The translations under genes were made by a program, and so were the position numbers. From Xylographa opegraphella (taxonomy: Eukaryota), in assembly GCA_022813865.1 (NCBI GenBank), contig JALDZX010000003.1, forward strand, positions 558,001-622,000: a DNA stretch of 64,000 nucleotides, in the 5' to 3' direction. Of this stretch, positions 12,501-26,256 are shown piece after piece. How positions within the stretch are numbered: the first letter of the stretch is position 1; every line of letters starts with the position of its first letter. The notes beneath the pieces were generated by a model. The model searched no databases and was not told the origin of the DNA. It saw nothing but the letters and a program-made list of their open reading frames with translations.

Positions 12501-14494
12501 TTTCCCCCCAATAAGCCCAACCCCCCGCCCTTCTCCCCCCTTCCCCCCAACCAATTTCTCTGCTTCTTCCCTTTCCCAGATTTCCAACCAGAGAAATGAT
12601 TCAATCCCTCGCTTCATACCTGTTTGTGACTGTGTGAGAGGGCGGCGGCAAAGCTTCTTTCGTCCCATCCTCCGTTTCTTACTTTTCCTGTACACCAATC
12701 CACACGACTCCACGAGGCCCTGTAGAACCACACACAAACTCTCGGCCCTCCGTCCCACTCTTCCTTCCGCCGTTCCGCGTGGACCGTGTCAGCCTGTGTT
12801 GCGGTGTGCGATGTGCGCTGCCTCGAATACCGGTTCCCCAGTTCCCGATTCCTGATTTTCCTGCTTAGCCACCTTTCGACTCTCTTTAGTCTCCTCCCCG
12901 GAGTAACTCTCCTAGCTTTCGTGCTCGACGGCCCCATCTTTATCCTCCGATACCATCATCTGCTAGTCCGCTCCCTAAGGCCTCCCACCCGTCCTAGCAC
13001 TCCCTTTTTCCTCCCAAGATCGAAACTTCGACAAGAGATTTGGTCTAAGGCACGCTAGGGGAGAAAGCGCGACCGCGCCCAGCCTCCTTGTACCCACCAC
13101 CGCCGTCGCACACGATTACCACAGTATTGTTCCCCCCCCTCCTACCTTACTCTAGTCCAGCCTCCAAAAGTCCGCCAGAAGCCGTTCGTCCACGCATCGA
13201 GCCATCCTAGCCTCTTCACGCTAGCTCGTGAGAAACTTCACGCTTCAAGCACGCTCCAAGCACGCCCCAAGTACGCAGTCCGGAACCATATCTGATCTCG
13301 CATCCACCGAAACGCAGGCGAACGAAAGGAGTCCATTCCCGGAAAGGGCACCGAACGCCGGCCAGCCGGTGCGAAAAGGAACGCTGAAGAGGAAGGCACG
13401 CCAAAGCCGCCCGCGCCAGGTAGCATCACCGCCCCCCGGTGCAGAACAAAAGCAGAAAGCAATGGGAAAGGGGGAAGCGAAGGTGCAAGGTGAACAATTC
13501 AAACAGAACGTGCAACAGCTCGATCCCTGTTTCTAACGCGTGGTAATCCATTCACAGGACTAGTAATCTCCCTCCGCTGACCGGCCCACGCCTCGCCACC
13601 ATTGCCGTGTCCCTCATCACTGTTGGGCCTCAACCTCACTCGCTCCTGCAAATCCAAACACACCCCTCCCTCACCACCCCCCCCCGCCCCGAAAAGTGTC
13701 CACTGCGGACTGCGGCTGGGGAAAGAGAGCCGTCGATCGAATACATCATCGTGAACATCCACCACTGGTTCCGGCATTTTAGTTCATAAAGTCGTCAACC
13801 TTGCCGCGCCGGGGGAACGGCGGCCACGCTTTTACAGATTCGTATTGCCTAAGGGAACCCGGACCACAACGTTCGATCCACGGCTCCAACAAACGCTTCA
13901 GGGTCAGCGCAGCCTCACACAACGAACATCGAACTCAAATCCCGAAAGCGTACCATCAGCGCTCGTTAGGGTCCTTTTTCTCCCACGCAACCGCGCTCAA
14001 AGCTTTTCCCTAGGCCCGCAAGTGCCAAACACAAACCTTCACCAACCCTCCGCTGGAAAGACACCGGCCTGGAAAGGCTTTCACCCACTTGTTCTCCACG
14101 TTGCCAAACTACGGCCGTCCCTGATCTGGGGCTACATAGTAGTGTGTGCTTCCTTCGACACGCTACGCCCGTCCGTGCTTGCATCTCTCGCACCCAGCCA
14201 GAGCCTCCACCGCTTCACCTAAGGTTAGAGCTGCGGCATTCTAGTGTCCGAGCCCATCAGCTGGATCAACAAGTCGCGCGTACTTTAGTCTTCCCTTGGA
14301 CGCCTTGTCACTTGCCAGTCTCCTGGGAAAGGAACAGCCCTTTGCGACGCAGAACGACCAGCCGCGCCGGAAAACGTGACGTGAGTCCGCCGTGCGACAA
14401 CAACACACTTGCTGCCCGGACGTGTTGACTGACCGGTGAGGAATGTAGGCCTCTTTCTTACCCTTTCACTACTCCTCCTCCCAACACGGATTTG

Positions 14495-16066
14495 ATGGAC
14501 AGAGTTGCACCCGACCAATACTCGCAGTCAGGTTTGCACACTCGTCTGTAAACCACATTGGCCTTCGCACCGATTCCTAAGCACTCTGCCGCAGATCCAG
14601 CATCTGCTGCGCAGTACACCCCACAACAAGAGGTTCGCGCGTCCAATTACCATCCGCCCGCCGCTCCGAGCTCCGACTACAACACGAATCCTGCTTCGGC
14701 GCGTTCGACCAATTTCCCTCCGGAATACCTGGCGCGTCATCAGCACTACGCTCAGAACAGCCACGCTGCAGCAAGTATGGCGCAAGCTACAAGTCCGTCC
14801 ATGTCTCTGCAAGATGGCCATCATCATAACCATCATAACACTCCAAGCATCAAGTCTAACCCCGAAGTCCCTATAGATCCTTCCATCGCGCAATCGAGTC
14901 CCACCTTCCCGGGCCCGTACTCGCCCTACGCTCCGCAGGGCCACGAAATGGCTCAGTACCCGGGTCATCCTCCTCAAGGTTACGGTCACTGGCCGGGCCA
15001 AGGCTACGGACCTCATCCCGGCATGCCCGGGGGACCGTACAGTTCTCCGGGCTCCGGCGTGTCGCCCGGTGGCGCGCAGGCCACCGCTGGACCTCCGCGT
15101 CCTGGCCAAGTACGTGTCGTGTTATTCCCCCCTCCGTGTTGATTGCGTTGTGTGCGTGCGTGACTGATCCGGGGTGTGCAGGGTCCACCGCACCCGCTCT
15201 CGCAGGTGTATTCCTTCGTTCCGATCCCGGGAGCGCAGCAGCACAAACGTCCCCGTCGTCGCTACGAAGAGATTGAGCGCATGTACAAATGCGGGCACCA
15301 GGGGTGCGAGAAAGCTTACGGCACGCTCAACCATCTGAACGCGCACGTAACCATGCAGTCTCACGGTCAGAAGCGTACTCCCGAAGGTCAGTTTCTCACG
15401 TTGTCGCAAAGTCACCGATTTGGCTAGCTTTTGTTTTTCGTTCCTCGTTCATTGCTAGTCGGGTTACACAACAGGAAGCAGGCATTGTGTTTGCCACTAC
15501 GCCTTGTGGCTCGCTCTCTGTTTTCCGCGACGGCTTCACGCTATTCCCACGTGGTCGCTCCCCTAATCGACGGGCGCTAAAACATAGCGCACGCTGGATG
15601 ATCTTCTTGTTCGCGAGTCCCACCTTGGCTAACCAGTGTTCGTGCCCCACAGAGTTCAAGGAGATCCGCAAGGAATGGAAGGCCCGGAAGAAGGAGGAAG
15701 AGAATGCTCGCAAGGCCGAAGAGGAGCGCCACCGTTCTTCCATCGGAGGCGGTCAGCCCGTCGATGGCTCCGCCGCCGACCCTGCGCAGACCCCGACCAG
15801 CGCCAACTACCCCCCCGGTGTCCGTCCTCAGCTCCCTCCCATCGGCTATGCTCCCGCGGGTGGTCAGGTCGCTGGCCAGTATCCCGGTGGGCCAGACCCG
15901 ATGTATCAGCAAGGCAACGGGCAGATGTACTCGACGTACCCCCATTCGCCGTACAATCAAGGCCAGCCGGTGTACCAACAGCGTCAATCACCTTTCCCGG
16001 GGCCGATTGGCACGCATGGCTGACTTGTCTCCAGACCCTGACGCGCCCAACAACTTCCAACCATAG
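14495..16066 (+). CDS. CON7: C2H2 zinc-finger transcription factor Con7/RfeC
   Basis: Diagnostic VYSFVPIPGAQQHKRPRRRYEEIERMYKCGHQGCEKAYGTLNHLNAHVTMQSHGQKRTPEEFKEIRKEWK. Introns 14532-14593, 15110-15181 (or -15205), 15387-15652 and probably 15983-16034 (stop 16066; unspliced stop 16023). Confidence 0.93.
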
Positions 16067-17731
16067 ATTGGCCGGCACTGCATAGCTTTTTCTTCTTCTT
16101 CGACGATCCCTGCATACGATAGTCCGCATCGAGATAACCCTCAAATCAGGTGGGAGAGCTGGAAAGGTTTTTTATTCGGTGGTAGCCGAGATCATGGCCG
16201 TGGGCGTTGTCGCACGTAATCGGGCGGTTGTTTGTTGATTTTGTGCTTTGGGTGGTTTTTGTTTCGTGGTGGGGCGGTGGGTGCTACGATTTACGAGGTC
16301 TGGCGATGCATCGGTGGGCAGCTTCACGACGAACATGCTCCCTGTGTGGCCTCGGCGCACATGGAGCGCACGTAATGGTCGCATGACATGGAAGCTTACG
16401 GTCCAGATCTCCATGCTTCCATACCTCTCCTCGACAGCAATTGTTCCCGAAGCATTCGCATGGGGGGATCTGGTAGCATTTGATTTTCACAAGAGCGTTG
16501 GCTTTTTTTTTCCCCTTCACTTTCGTCCGTTTGGCAAGAACGGCAAGCTGCACGTGCACACAGCGACGATGGGAAGGAAGATGGGCACGGTGATTGTTTT
16601 ACTTGTTGAGCTTGCGGTTACCAGTCCATCAGCCATTAAACCGCCGATAGCATGCAACGTGGTCATCAGACTCCTTTTTAGATTTGCACACAGATAGAAC
16701 GGAACAAAACGCGACTTTTCTCATATGGTTGGGTCTCTGAAACGCTTACTTGAATACTGTTGTGGTGGGGGCATCGAGTGGGATTCATCCCATGTTAGTC
16801 AGCCTTCACCACTACCAGAAAGGATTGTGATGCCCATGATCACTCCGACGCTTGTCTATTCTGCAATGTGCATTCGTGATCTTCCGTATCGAGAGCAAAG
16901 TCAACGCTGGCGTGAGCCAAGTCTTTCGTGGCCGTTGCTCCTACCCATCCCTCACGCAACAGCCCTCGTTCTACAAACCCCAACGCTCCGTACTCCGTAC
17001 ATAATCACAAAAATCCCGTACCAGCCTTCCCCCGTCCGCCGGCTCGGAAGCCGAAGCAGGTTTGCAGAGCCGCGGCAGAAAACTTCAGCCCGCGCACACA
17101 CGCAACACAAACAGACAAGGCGCGGCCGCCGGCCTCTAAACAGACGCGCGGGACTTCCCCCCGTCTCGGTCTCGGGGGGGTTCGCTCTTTGCCACTACGT
17201 CCTTGCCCCCCTTCCCATCTCATTAGTGTTAGGGTGACGAGCAGTCGGGATGCCGGCGCTGAAGCTTGTCGAGTTACACAACATTAGCACCGAGGCGTGC
17301 CGGAGCCTTTTTCTTTGGCACCCTCGATCTCTGTACCTCCCCCCCCCCCCCTACGTCCTCGGGAGCCCGGCGCGCTTTGTCGTTCGTGAATCTGCCGGTC
17401 CCGGGTTACGCTGCTGGGCTTGAGCTAATTTGACGGAGTTGTCTTGGGGCAAAGATTGGGGGCCGGGGCTGGTGAGGCGGGATGGAAGCTTCGATGGAAG
17501 CCGCTTCTTGGTGGATAGGTAGCTTGATGGCCTCATCCGAGCGAGGGCTGATTTTCGAGGACGGGTCGTCGCTCAGCCCTACGAGGCCATCGGCACCCCG
17601 GCGTTCGCGTAACACTTTTTGTACTCCAGAAATATTTTTTTTATGCGTGCTCGTACCCAGCTTGGGCGGCGATTTACTTATTGTTTCGAAGACCGGTGAA
17701 TATCGCGCGATATAAGTAGTTGTTCGATCAG

Positions 17732-20239
17732 ATGCTCACCTGCCGTGCTTGCAGACGATCATGTCTGAGAGCGGTTCTGGCGCGCGGATCGAGCGTGTCG
17801 TCCTCGGGGTTCGTCGCCACTGCAGCTCATGGAGCGGGCCAGCGACGCTGGGTACGGAGAGGGTCGCAGCAGCGGTGTGTGAGTACAGAGGTCGTCGCGG
17901 AACGCGAGAGTCTTCTCCCGGCTCGAATGGCGGGGTTGAAAGATAAGGGCAAGGTGGCCAGAAGACCGGTGGCACTCGAGGAACAGCTGCGCGGTCTTCC
18001 GGTTCTGTCGCAGCCGGCGGACGGCTATGTGGATCCCAACTACGAGATGGTGAAGAGGATATTCAGCGGCAAGCCAGCCTTCGATGCCAACAGGAAGACG
18101 GCTTTCAAACAGACGGAACTCGACCGAGAGCTTTTGCATCTTCCCGACCCGCTGAAGCTCGCCGAGCACACGCTCGACCTCCTTCGCCAGGATGAACATA
18201 TCAAGGCCTTGGCTATCGTGAAACATGCCAGCCGGATCATGCCCTGCACCGTGAGCTGGAACCACATCATCGACTACAATATGAGCAAGGGCAGAGTCTC
18301 GCCTGCGATGAAGACGTACAACGATGTGGGTTCGCCGTCAGAGGGCTATCAAACCGACGTCCTAGCAGCTGACAATTTCCTTCAGATGAAGAAACGCGCG
18401 CAGCCTCCTGACGCGTACACTTATACCATCCTACTCCGCGGTCTGGCCGCCAATCATCAATACCCTCAATCCCTCCCCCGAGCACTCTCGGTCTACCGCT
18501 CCATGTACGCCGAGAACTCGCCCGTCCGACCATCGATCATCCACACCAACGTTGTGCTCAAAGCATGCTCTCGAGCCAACAATATCGATGCTCTCTTCGA
18601 AGTGGCTGCGAAACTGCCCAAGCGAGGCATGGGCGCTCCGGACAACGTGACCTTCACCACCATCATCAATGCCGTCTGGAACGCCGTCCTGCACAACCCA
18701 CGCTTGGATGCCGAGCAACAGACGGCCAAGAGGCAGGAAGCCGTGCGGCAGATGCGGAGAATGTGGGAAGACATCGTGGGCCGGTGGCGGAACGGCGACA
18801 TCTTGCTCGACGAGGATATGGTGTGCGCCGCGGCCCGGCTGCTGATGGTCGGGGACACGGAGCAGGACTACGACGATGTGCTCTCGCTCTTCGAGCAGAC
18901 GATGGGCATCCGCCGACTCGTCCCGCCGCTCGGGGATCCAGCCCGTCCGACGCACATCACCTTGTCGAAAGCGTCTACCGTGCGGCCGGCCCCGGATATT
19001 CCCCCAAAAAAGGCCGCGACCGAAACCAAACCGCAGTCCGCCTCTCAGATCTCGGATGCAGATGCAAAAACATCGCCTCCACCACCACCACCATCACCAC
19101 CACTACCACCCTCCTCCTCCACCCTCCCGCCCCCCACACGCAGCATCTTCGCCGCCCTCCCCCTCACCCCCACCTCCCTCCCCCGCTCCCGCGCCCAGCC
19201 CTCGCAACAGACGCTCTCCGCCCTCATCGAAGCGTGCACGCACCTGCGCGCCCTCAAAGCCGGCACCACGTATTGGACCCTCCTCACCACGGCCCCGCAC
19301 TCCATCGCCCCCGACGCCGCCAACCTGCACGCCTACCTGCGCCTGCTGCGCCTCGCGCGCGCCTCGCGCCACGCCCTCGCCGTCCTCACCACCATGCTGC
19401 AGCCGCGCTCGGTGGGCGGCTTCGCCCTCCCGCCGCAGCCGAAGAGCTTCCGCATCGTCATGAGCGCCTGCGTGCGCGACGCCAGCAACCCGGCCGCGCC
19501 TGCGACCGCCGTCGCCGTCCTCGATGCTATGGCTGCCCATCTGGAAACCCCCGATCTGCGCGCGTGCGAGATGTTCGTCGAGCTGCTGGAGAAGACGGCC
19601 AAGCGGGAGGCGTGGGCCGCTGTGCTGGCGGGTCTGGGTGCGCTGAAGCCTGTGATCGCGAACCTGCGCAGCGTGCTCGCGTACGGCACCTCCTCTGGCA
19701 CGGCGGAGGCCGAGGCCGACGAAGACGAAGACGACTCGGCCCCCCACCACCCCGCCCCCGCAGCAGACCTCCGCCCCGGCCCGAACGGCCACCTCACGCG
19801 CGCCAGCAGGCGCCTCGTCGTGCTGCTGCTGGGCCGCGTAGTCAGCGTGTACGATGGCCTGCTGGAGCAGGCGCGCGAGAGCTTGGCGCCCCAGCGGGCG
19901 CGCGAGGTTCTTGAGCGGAGGGGGCGGCTGGCGGCTTATGTGGAGCGGAATGTGAGAGGCGGGTTGGTGGCGGGGAAGAAGGTGGGGGGGTGGTATCAGT
20001 TGGGGAGGGATGGGCGGAGGAAGAGGCCGAGGGGGGAGGGGGTGGAGTGGGGGGAGGGTGGGGGGGGAGGGTGGGGGGGGAGGGAAGGGCGGAGGGAAGG
20101 GGGGAGGGGGGATGGGAGGGGTGAAGATCGGAGGGGTGAAGATCGGAGGGGTGAAGATCGGAGGGGTGAAGGTGGAAGGAGGGATGGGAGGGGGGAAGAG
20201 GAAAGGGAAGGGGGGAGGGAGAGGTGTGCGTGTAGCTAG
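17732..20239 (+). CDS. Pentatricopeptide-repeat (PPR) protein, probably mitochondrial
   Basis: Arg/Ser-rich presequence MLTCRACRRSCLRAV; PPR-like units VSWNHIIDY...MKKRAQPPDAYTYTILLRGL and PDNVTFTTIINA. 60-nt in-frame intron 18326-18385 with GCTGAC branch site. Low-complexity C-terminus. Confidence 0.85.
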   Translation: MLTCRACRRSCLRAVLARGSSVSSSGFVATAAHGAGQRRWVRRGSQQRCVSTEVVAERESLLPARMAGLKDKGKVARRPVALEEQLRGLPVLSQPADGYVDPNYEMVKRIFSGKPAFDANRKTAFKQTELDRELLHLPDPLKLAEHTLDLLRQDEHIKALAIVKHASRIMPCTVSWNHIIDYNMSKGRVSPAMKTYNDVGSPSEGYQTDVLAADNFLQMKKRAQPPDAYTYTILLRGLAANHQYPQSLPRALSVYRSMYAENSPVRPSIIHTNVVLKACSRANNIDALFEVAAKLPKRGMGAPDNVTFTTIINAVWNAVLHNPRLDAEQQTAKRQEAVRQMRRMWEDIVGRWRNGDILLDEDMVCAAARLLMVGDTEQDYDDVLSLFEQTMGIRRLVPPLGDPARPTHITLSKASTVRPAPDIPPKKAATETKPQSASQISDADAKTSPPPPPPSPPLPPSSSTLPPPTRSIFAALPLTPTSLPRSRAQPSQQTLSALIEACTHLRALKAGTTYWTLLTTAPHSIAPDAANLHAYLRLLRLARASRHALAVLTTMLQPRSVGGFALPPQPKSFRIVMSACVRDASNPAAPATAVAVLDAMAAHLETPDLRACEMFVELLEKTAKREAWAAVLAGLGALKPVIANLRSVLAYGTSSGTAEAEADEDEDDSAPHHPAPAADLRPGPNGHLTRASRRLVVLLLGRVVSVYDGLLEQARESLAPQRAREVLERRGRLAAYVERNVRGGLVAGKKVGGWYQLGRDGRRKRPRGEGVEWGEGGGGGWGGREGRREGGRGDGRGEDRRGEDRRGEDRRGEGGRRDGRGEEEREGGRERCACS
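20114..20172 (+). repeat. 15-bp coding repeat GGAGGGGTGAAGATC (about 4 copies, RRGED)
   Basis: Seen directly in the PPR gene tail. Confidence 0.9.
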
Positions 20240-20280
20240 CTAGCTCGCAAGTGGAGCCAAGCTGAGTCGATGTTCTGAGC

Positions 20281-20315
20281 GGTGCCGTGCCGTGCGGTGC
20301 CGTGCGGTGCCGTGC
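20281..20315. repeat. (GTGCC/GTGCG)n pentamer microsatellite
   Basis: ggtgccgtgccgtgcggtgccgtgcggtgccgtgc. Confidence 0.85.
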
Positions 20316-20665
20316 TCGTCCGATCGGTCAGTGGATCCGGTCGGTCGGTCAGTGCGATTCCGTCGGCGGAGTCGCCAGGGAGTTGGGCAGGCCCTGCTCC
20401 GTGCAGACGAGGTGGGGACCAGAGCGGAAGGAAGGAAGGGGGATGGGGTAGCAGGGCGGAAGAAGGAAGTTGATCTGTGCGCGTGGTCGTGGAGCGGCAA
20501 CAGGCGGACAGAGACGGGAAGAAGGACGGCCGCGTTGCGTGGCATGCTTGTCTGTATCCTACCTACCTACCCACCGACATATAATATATATATACTCCTT
20601 CCTCACCTTCTCACCACCTCATCACCACCGACGCCTAAATCCCCCTACCCATAATTGTTTCCCTA

Positions 20666-20667
<2 letters not shown>

Positions 20668-20696
<29 letters not shown>

Positions 20697-20697
20697 T
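20668..20697. repeat. (CAT)10 microsatellite
   Basis: Direct read. Confidence 0.95.
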
Positions 20698-21140
20698 GAG
20701 CGGGCGGTGAAAAAGGGACCTCTAGTTGGTCAGCAGAGTTCGCCATAGCCACGGAACGTGTCTGCTAGGTAGACGGTAGATGGGAAAGGAGATATCGAAT
20801 AGGGGTAGTCGGGTCGAGCGCAGAGCCGCTACTCCTCCTTACTCCTCCTCCTCCTCCTACGATAGCACCGCGCTGTTGTGGAACACCGTCGTGTCTGGAC
20901 CTACTTTGGTAGGGAGTTCGGAGCGGGTGGCGCTTTCAAGCCGAAAGGGCCAGTGGTGCAGTGGGCGGCGGTGGGGAGTGGTGGTGGGAGACGAGTTGGG
21001 TTTCACGGCGTGAAGATATATATGTAGACTCGATTCATGTGATGACCTGTACACTGTAGCCCACGCCGAGGGCTGGGATTGGGGAAAATATCCATGTGGG
21101 AGGGGGAGGGCTGGGGAAAGTATGGGGAAGTGCGTAACCC

Positions 21141-21405
21141 ATCAATCAATCAAATCAGTCAATCAAATCAGTCAATCAAATCAGTCAATCAAATCAGTCA
21201 ATCAAATCAGTCAATCAAATCAGTCAATCAAATCAGTCAATCAAATCAATCAATCAAATCAGTCAATCAAATCAGTCAATCAAATCAATCAATCAAATCA
21301 ATCAATCAAATCAGTCAATCAAATCAGTCAATCAAATCAATCAATCAAATCAGTCAATCAAATCAGTCAATCAATTCAATCAATCAATCAATTCAATCAA
21401 TCAAT
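21141..21405. repeat. Satellite of 13-bp units AATCAAATCAGTC / AATCAAATCAATC decaying into (AATC)n
   Basis: About 260-bp array between the convergent 3' ends of the PPR gene and DBP2. Confidence 0.95.
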
Positions 21406-21865
21406 TAACAGTCAGGCACACTGTTACAATAGCATCAATCACGGCAAACCGCATTCACCAAGACCTTTCAGACTAAATGAACTCACCCTTCAGTCTAGAT
21501 ATGCGTCTATGGTGTCTGGAGCCGACTTCCTATCGGTCTGCAGACACTCTCAGAAGCTACACAGTCACGTAAACCACCAATCTGCAGGAACAAGTCGCCT
21601 TCTTCGGCTCAAATCCTCTTTGCGCAAAACATGATGATCAAAAACGTCTGCCATCCATAGCCAGCGCCAATACAAAGCAAAGAAATCTAGTAAAGTATGT
21701 CTGCAATGCCGTCCAGTCATGCACCTCGCAGACACTCCTGAAGCATGTTGCATTACAGATGAGCGGCCAGATCAATGCGGTCTAAAGGGTATGCCAGTCC
21801 GAGTCCAAGGCCACCGGTCGTCCTTAGGAGTAAGAGTCTAGGGGGGAAGGGGTTCGAATTAGTCA

Positions 21866-24439
<2,574 letters not shown>

Positions 24440-24895
24440 TTTAATGTCGTCGGCCGGACGTATTCAGATGGGAGGTTTTGTAGATGAAGTTGAGTCGAAA
24501 GGGAACGGGAATGAGTATGACGAGGTTGCAAAGAGTGAAGGGAAGGAGTAGGTGATGTGTACCGTGTGAGTTTGTCGCAAGATAAAAAATTACTTTAGCG
24601 TACTACCAGTAGGGCTGAAGCTAAGCTAAGCTGTTTCCGGACTAGATATATTTTTATGTGGTCGCTTTAGACGACGAGAGACTGCTATAGATTCTATCAG
24701 GACGATCGCTACAATTGTCGGCGCATTTCGAGTTTTTGTACGATTCACTGGTACTGCCTTATTTCGTTTGCTTTATTGACCTCTACTTTTGGACTTAAAT
24801 CGTGATAAAGAAGCCCCAAGGATTTTGTAGAACACAATCACGAACCAAAGCTGTCTGAAGCTCCAGAGGCTGCAATGCTTAACGACGAGCGAGAA

Positions 24896-26049
24896 TCAGT
24901 CTAGACACTCTAATAGCCCCAAATTATTGTCTTTGATGATTGTTGTGTTCTTGCGTGGCAACACTGGCAGTGTATGAAAATGATTGATTGGTCCATTACC
25001 TTTGCCACGAGGTGCCGCTGTTCTGATTCCTTTTTCAAGGTATTTGCAGGCAGATTGCACCGCTTCAGGAACGTCGTAACCCAGCGCAAGGCCACACGCA
25101 ATAGCGGCTGGATTTATAATCAGCAAGTTATGTGGAATCCGGCGTCGGTAAGAACTTACAAGCCAGAGAACATCCAGTACCATGTGTACTCTTAGACCTC
25201 AGATATTCTGTCTCAATCAGTGTGACTTCGGTACCATCGTAGAGTATGTCAATGACTGTAGCTGGATCTACAGTGTCTCTGGGAGAAGCAGTGTGATCCT
25301 TGGCCAATGGCAAGTGGCCACCTTTGAGAAGGACCCATTGAGCACCCAGTTTTTGCACTTCTTTGGCTAACTCCACCAAGTCGCCCAAACTCTTAGGATC
25401 AGATCGGAATGTACCGGTCGCATTTTCGACTAGTATCTTCGCTTCTGGCACATTTGGTGTGAGAATTGTTGCCAGTGGTAGAAGCTGTTCACGAAGCTCT
25501 GTGACCGCGGCTTGTGGGAGAAGCTGGGTTCCGCTGGTCGACACCATCACCTGGTGAGATCAGCCACGTATGGATAAATGTGCGAATGCAGGGTAAGCTA
25601 CGTACGGGGTCAACTACACAGAGTGGTCTTCCATGACTTTCCAATGCCTCTGCTACCATCTGGATCGTATTTACCGACGCCAGCATGCCTTTGGGAATAT
25701 TACTAAAAGATCAAGCAACAGGTAAAGGCCAAGGTAAATCACGCTGCAGCTTATAGCATACCCGTCTTCACAACATCAACACCAATGTCTCCGATACAGA
25801 CATCTATTTGCCGCTTGACAAAAGAAGATGGGATATAGTGTATATCATATACCCCTTGGGTATCTTGCACCGTCAATGCGGTGGTTGCCGTCATTGCATA
25901 GCAGCCGAACGCTGCAACGACCTTCTGATCGGCCTCCAAACCCCTATCATGTCTCAGCGCTAGTCAAAGACCGTCGACATGTAGAGACCATACGCTCCCC
26001 CAGAACAATCGGACCCAGCGATCACCAAGATTCGGAATTCGTTTGCCAT
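24896..26049 (-). CDS. thiD: Hydroxymethylpyrimidine/phosphomethylpyrimidine kinase (ThiD domain only)
   Basis: ILVIAGSDCSGGAGLEAD, VKTGML, VVDPVMVSTSG, LTPNVPEA, LKGGH, THGTGCSLASAIA, GKGNGPINH. Introns 25944-25993, 25689-25761, 25551-25605 and 25108-25159. Confidence 0.92.
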
Positions 26050-26256
26050 TATTACCTGACTTTAGGACTCGGTGAAACAATTTTGGTTTGCAGAAACTGA
26101 AATACGTCATCGAAGGTTGAATTACACGCTATCTTATGGAGGCCGCTATCCGCTTCGGAATATGCGAGCACAAGCTTTTTAGCGCTTTGTTTCCAAGTGA
26201 AGAAATTCCCTTGAATGTTTGTTTGGACCAGAAAGATATGGCGAGTCGCCCGGTCA

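Noticed and set aside
10103..13058. Long ORFs of 200-260 aa upstream of CON7
   Set aside because: Low-complexity products of GC-rich, stop-poor sequence, open in several frames on both strands.
18565..19914. 449-aa alternative-frame ORF inside the PPR gene, and similar shadows in the MFS, GUD1 and permease genes
   Set aside because: Expected by-product of extreme GC3, which removes off-frame stops.
21079..21634. Gln/Ser/Asn-rich ORFs (QISQSNQSIKSVN)
   Set aside because: Translation of a 13-bp satellite; non-ATG starts.
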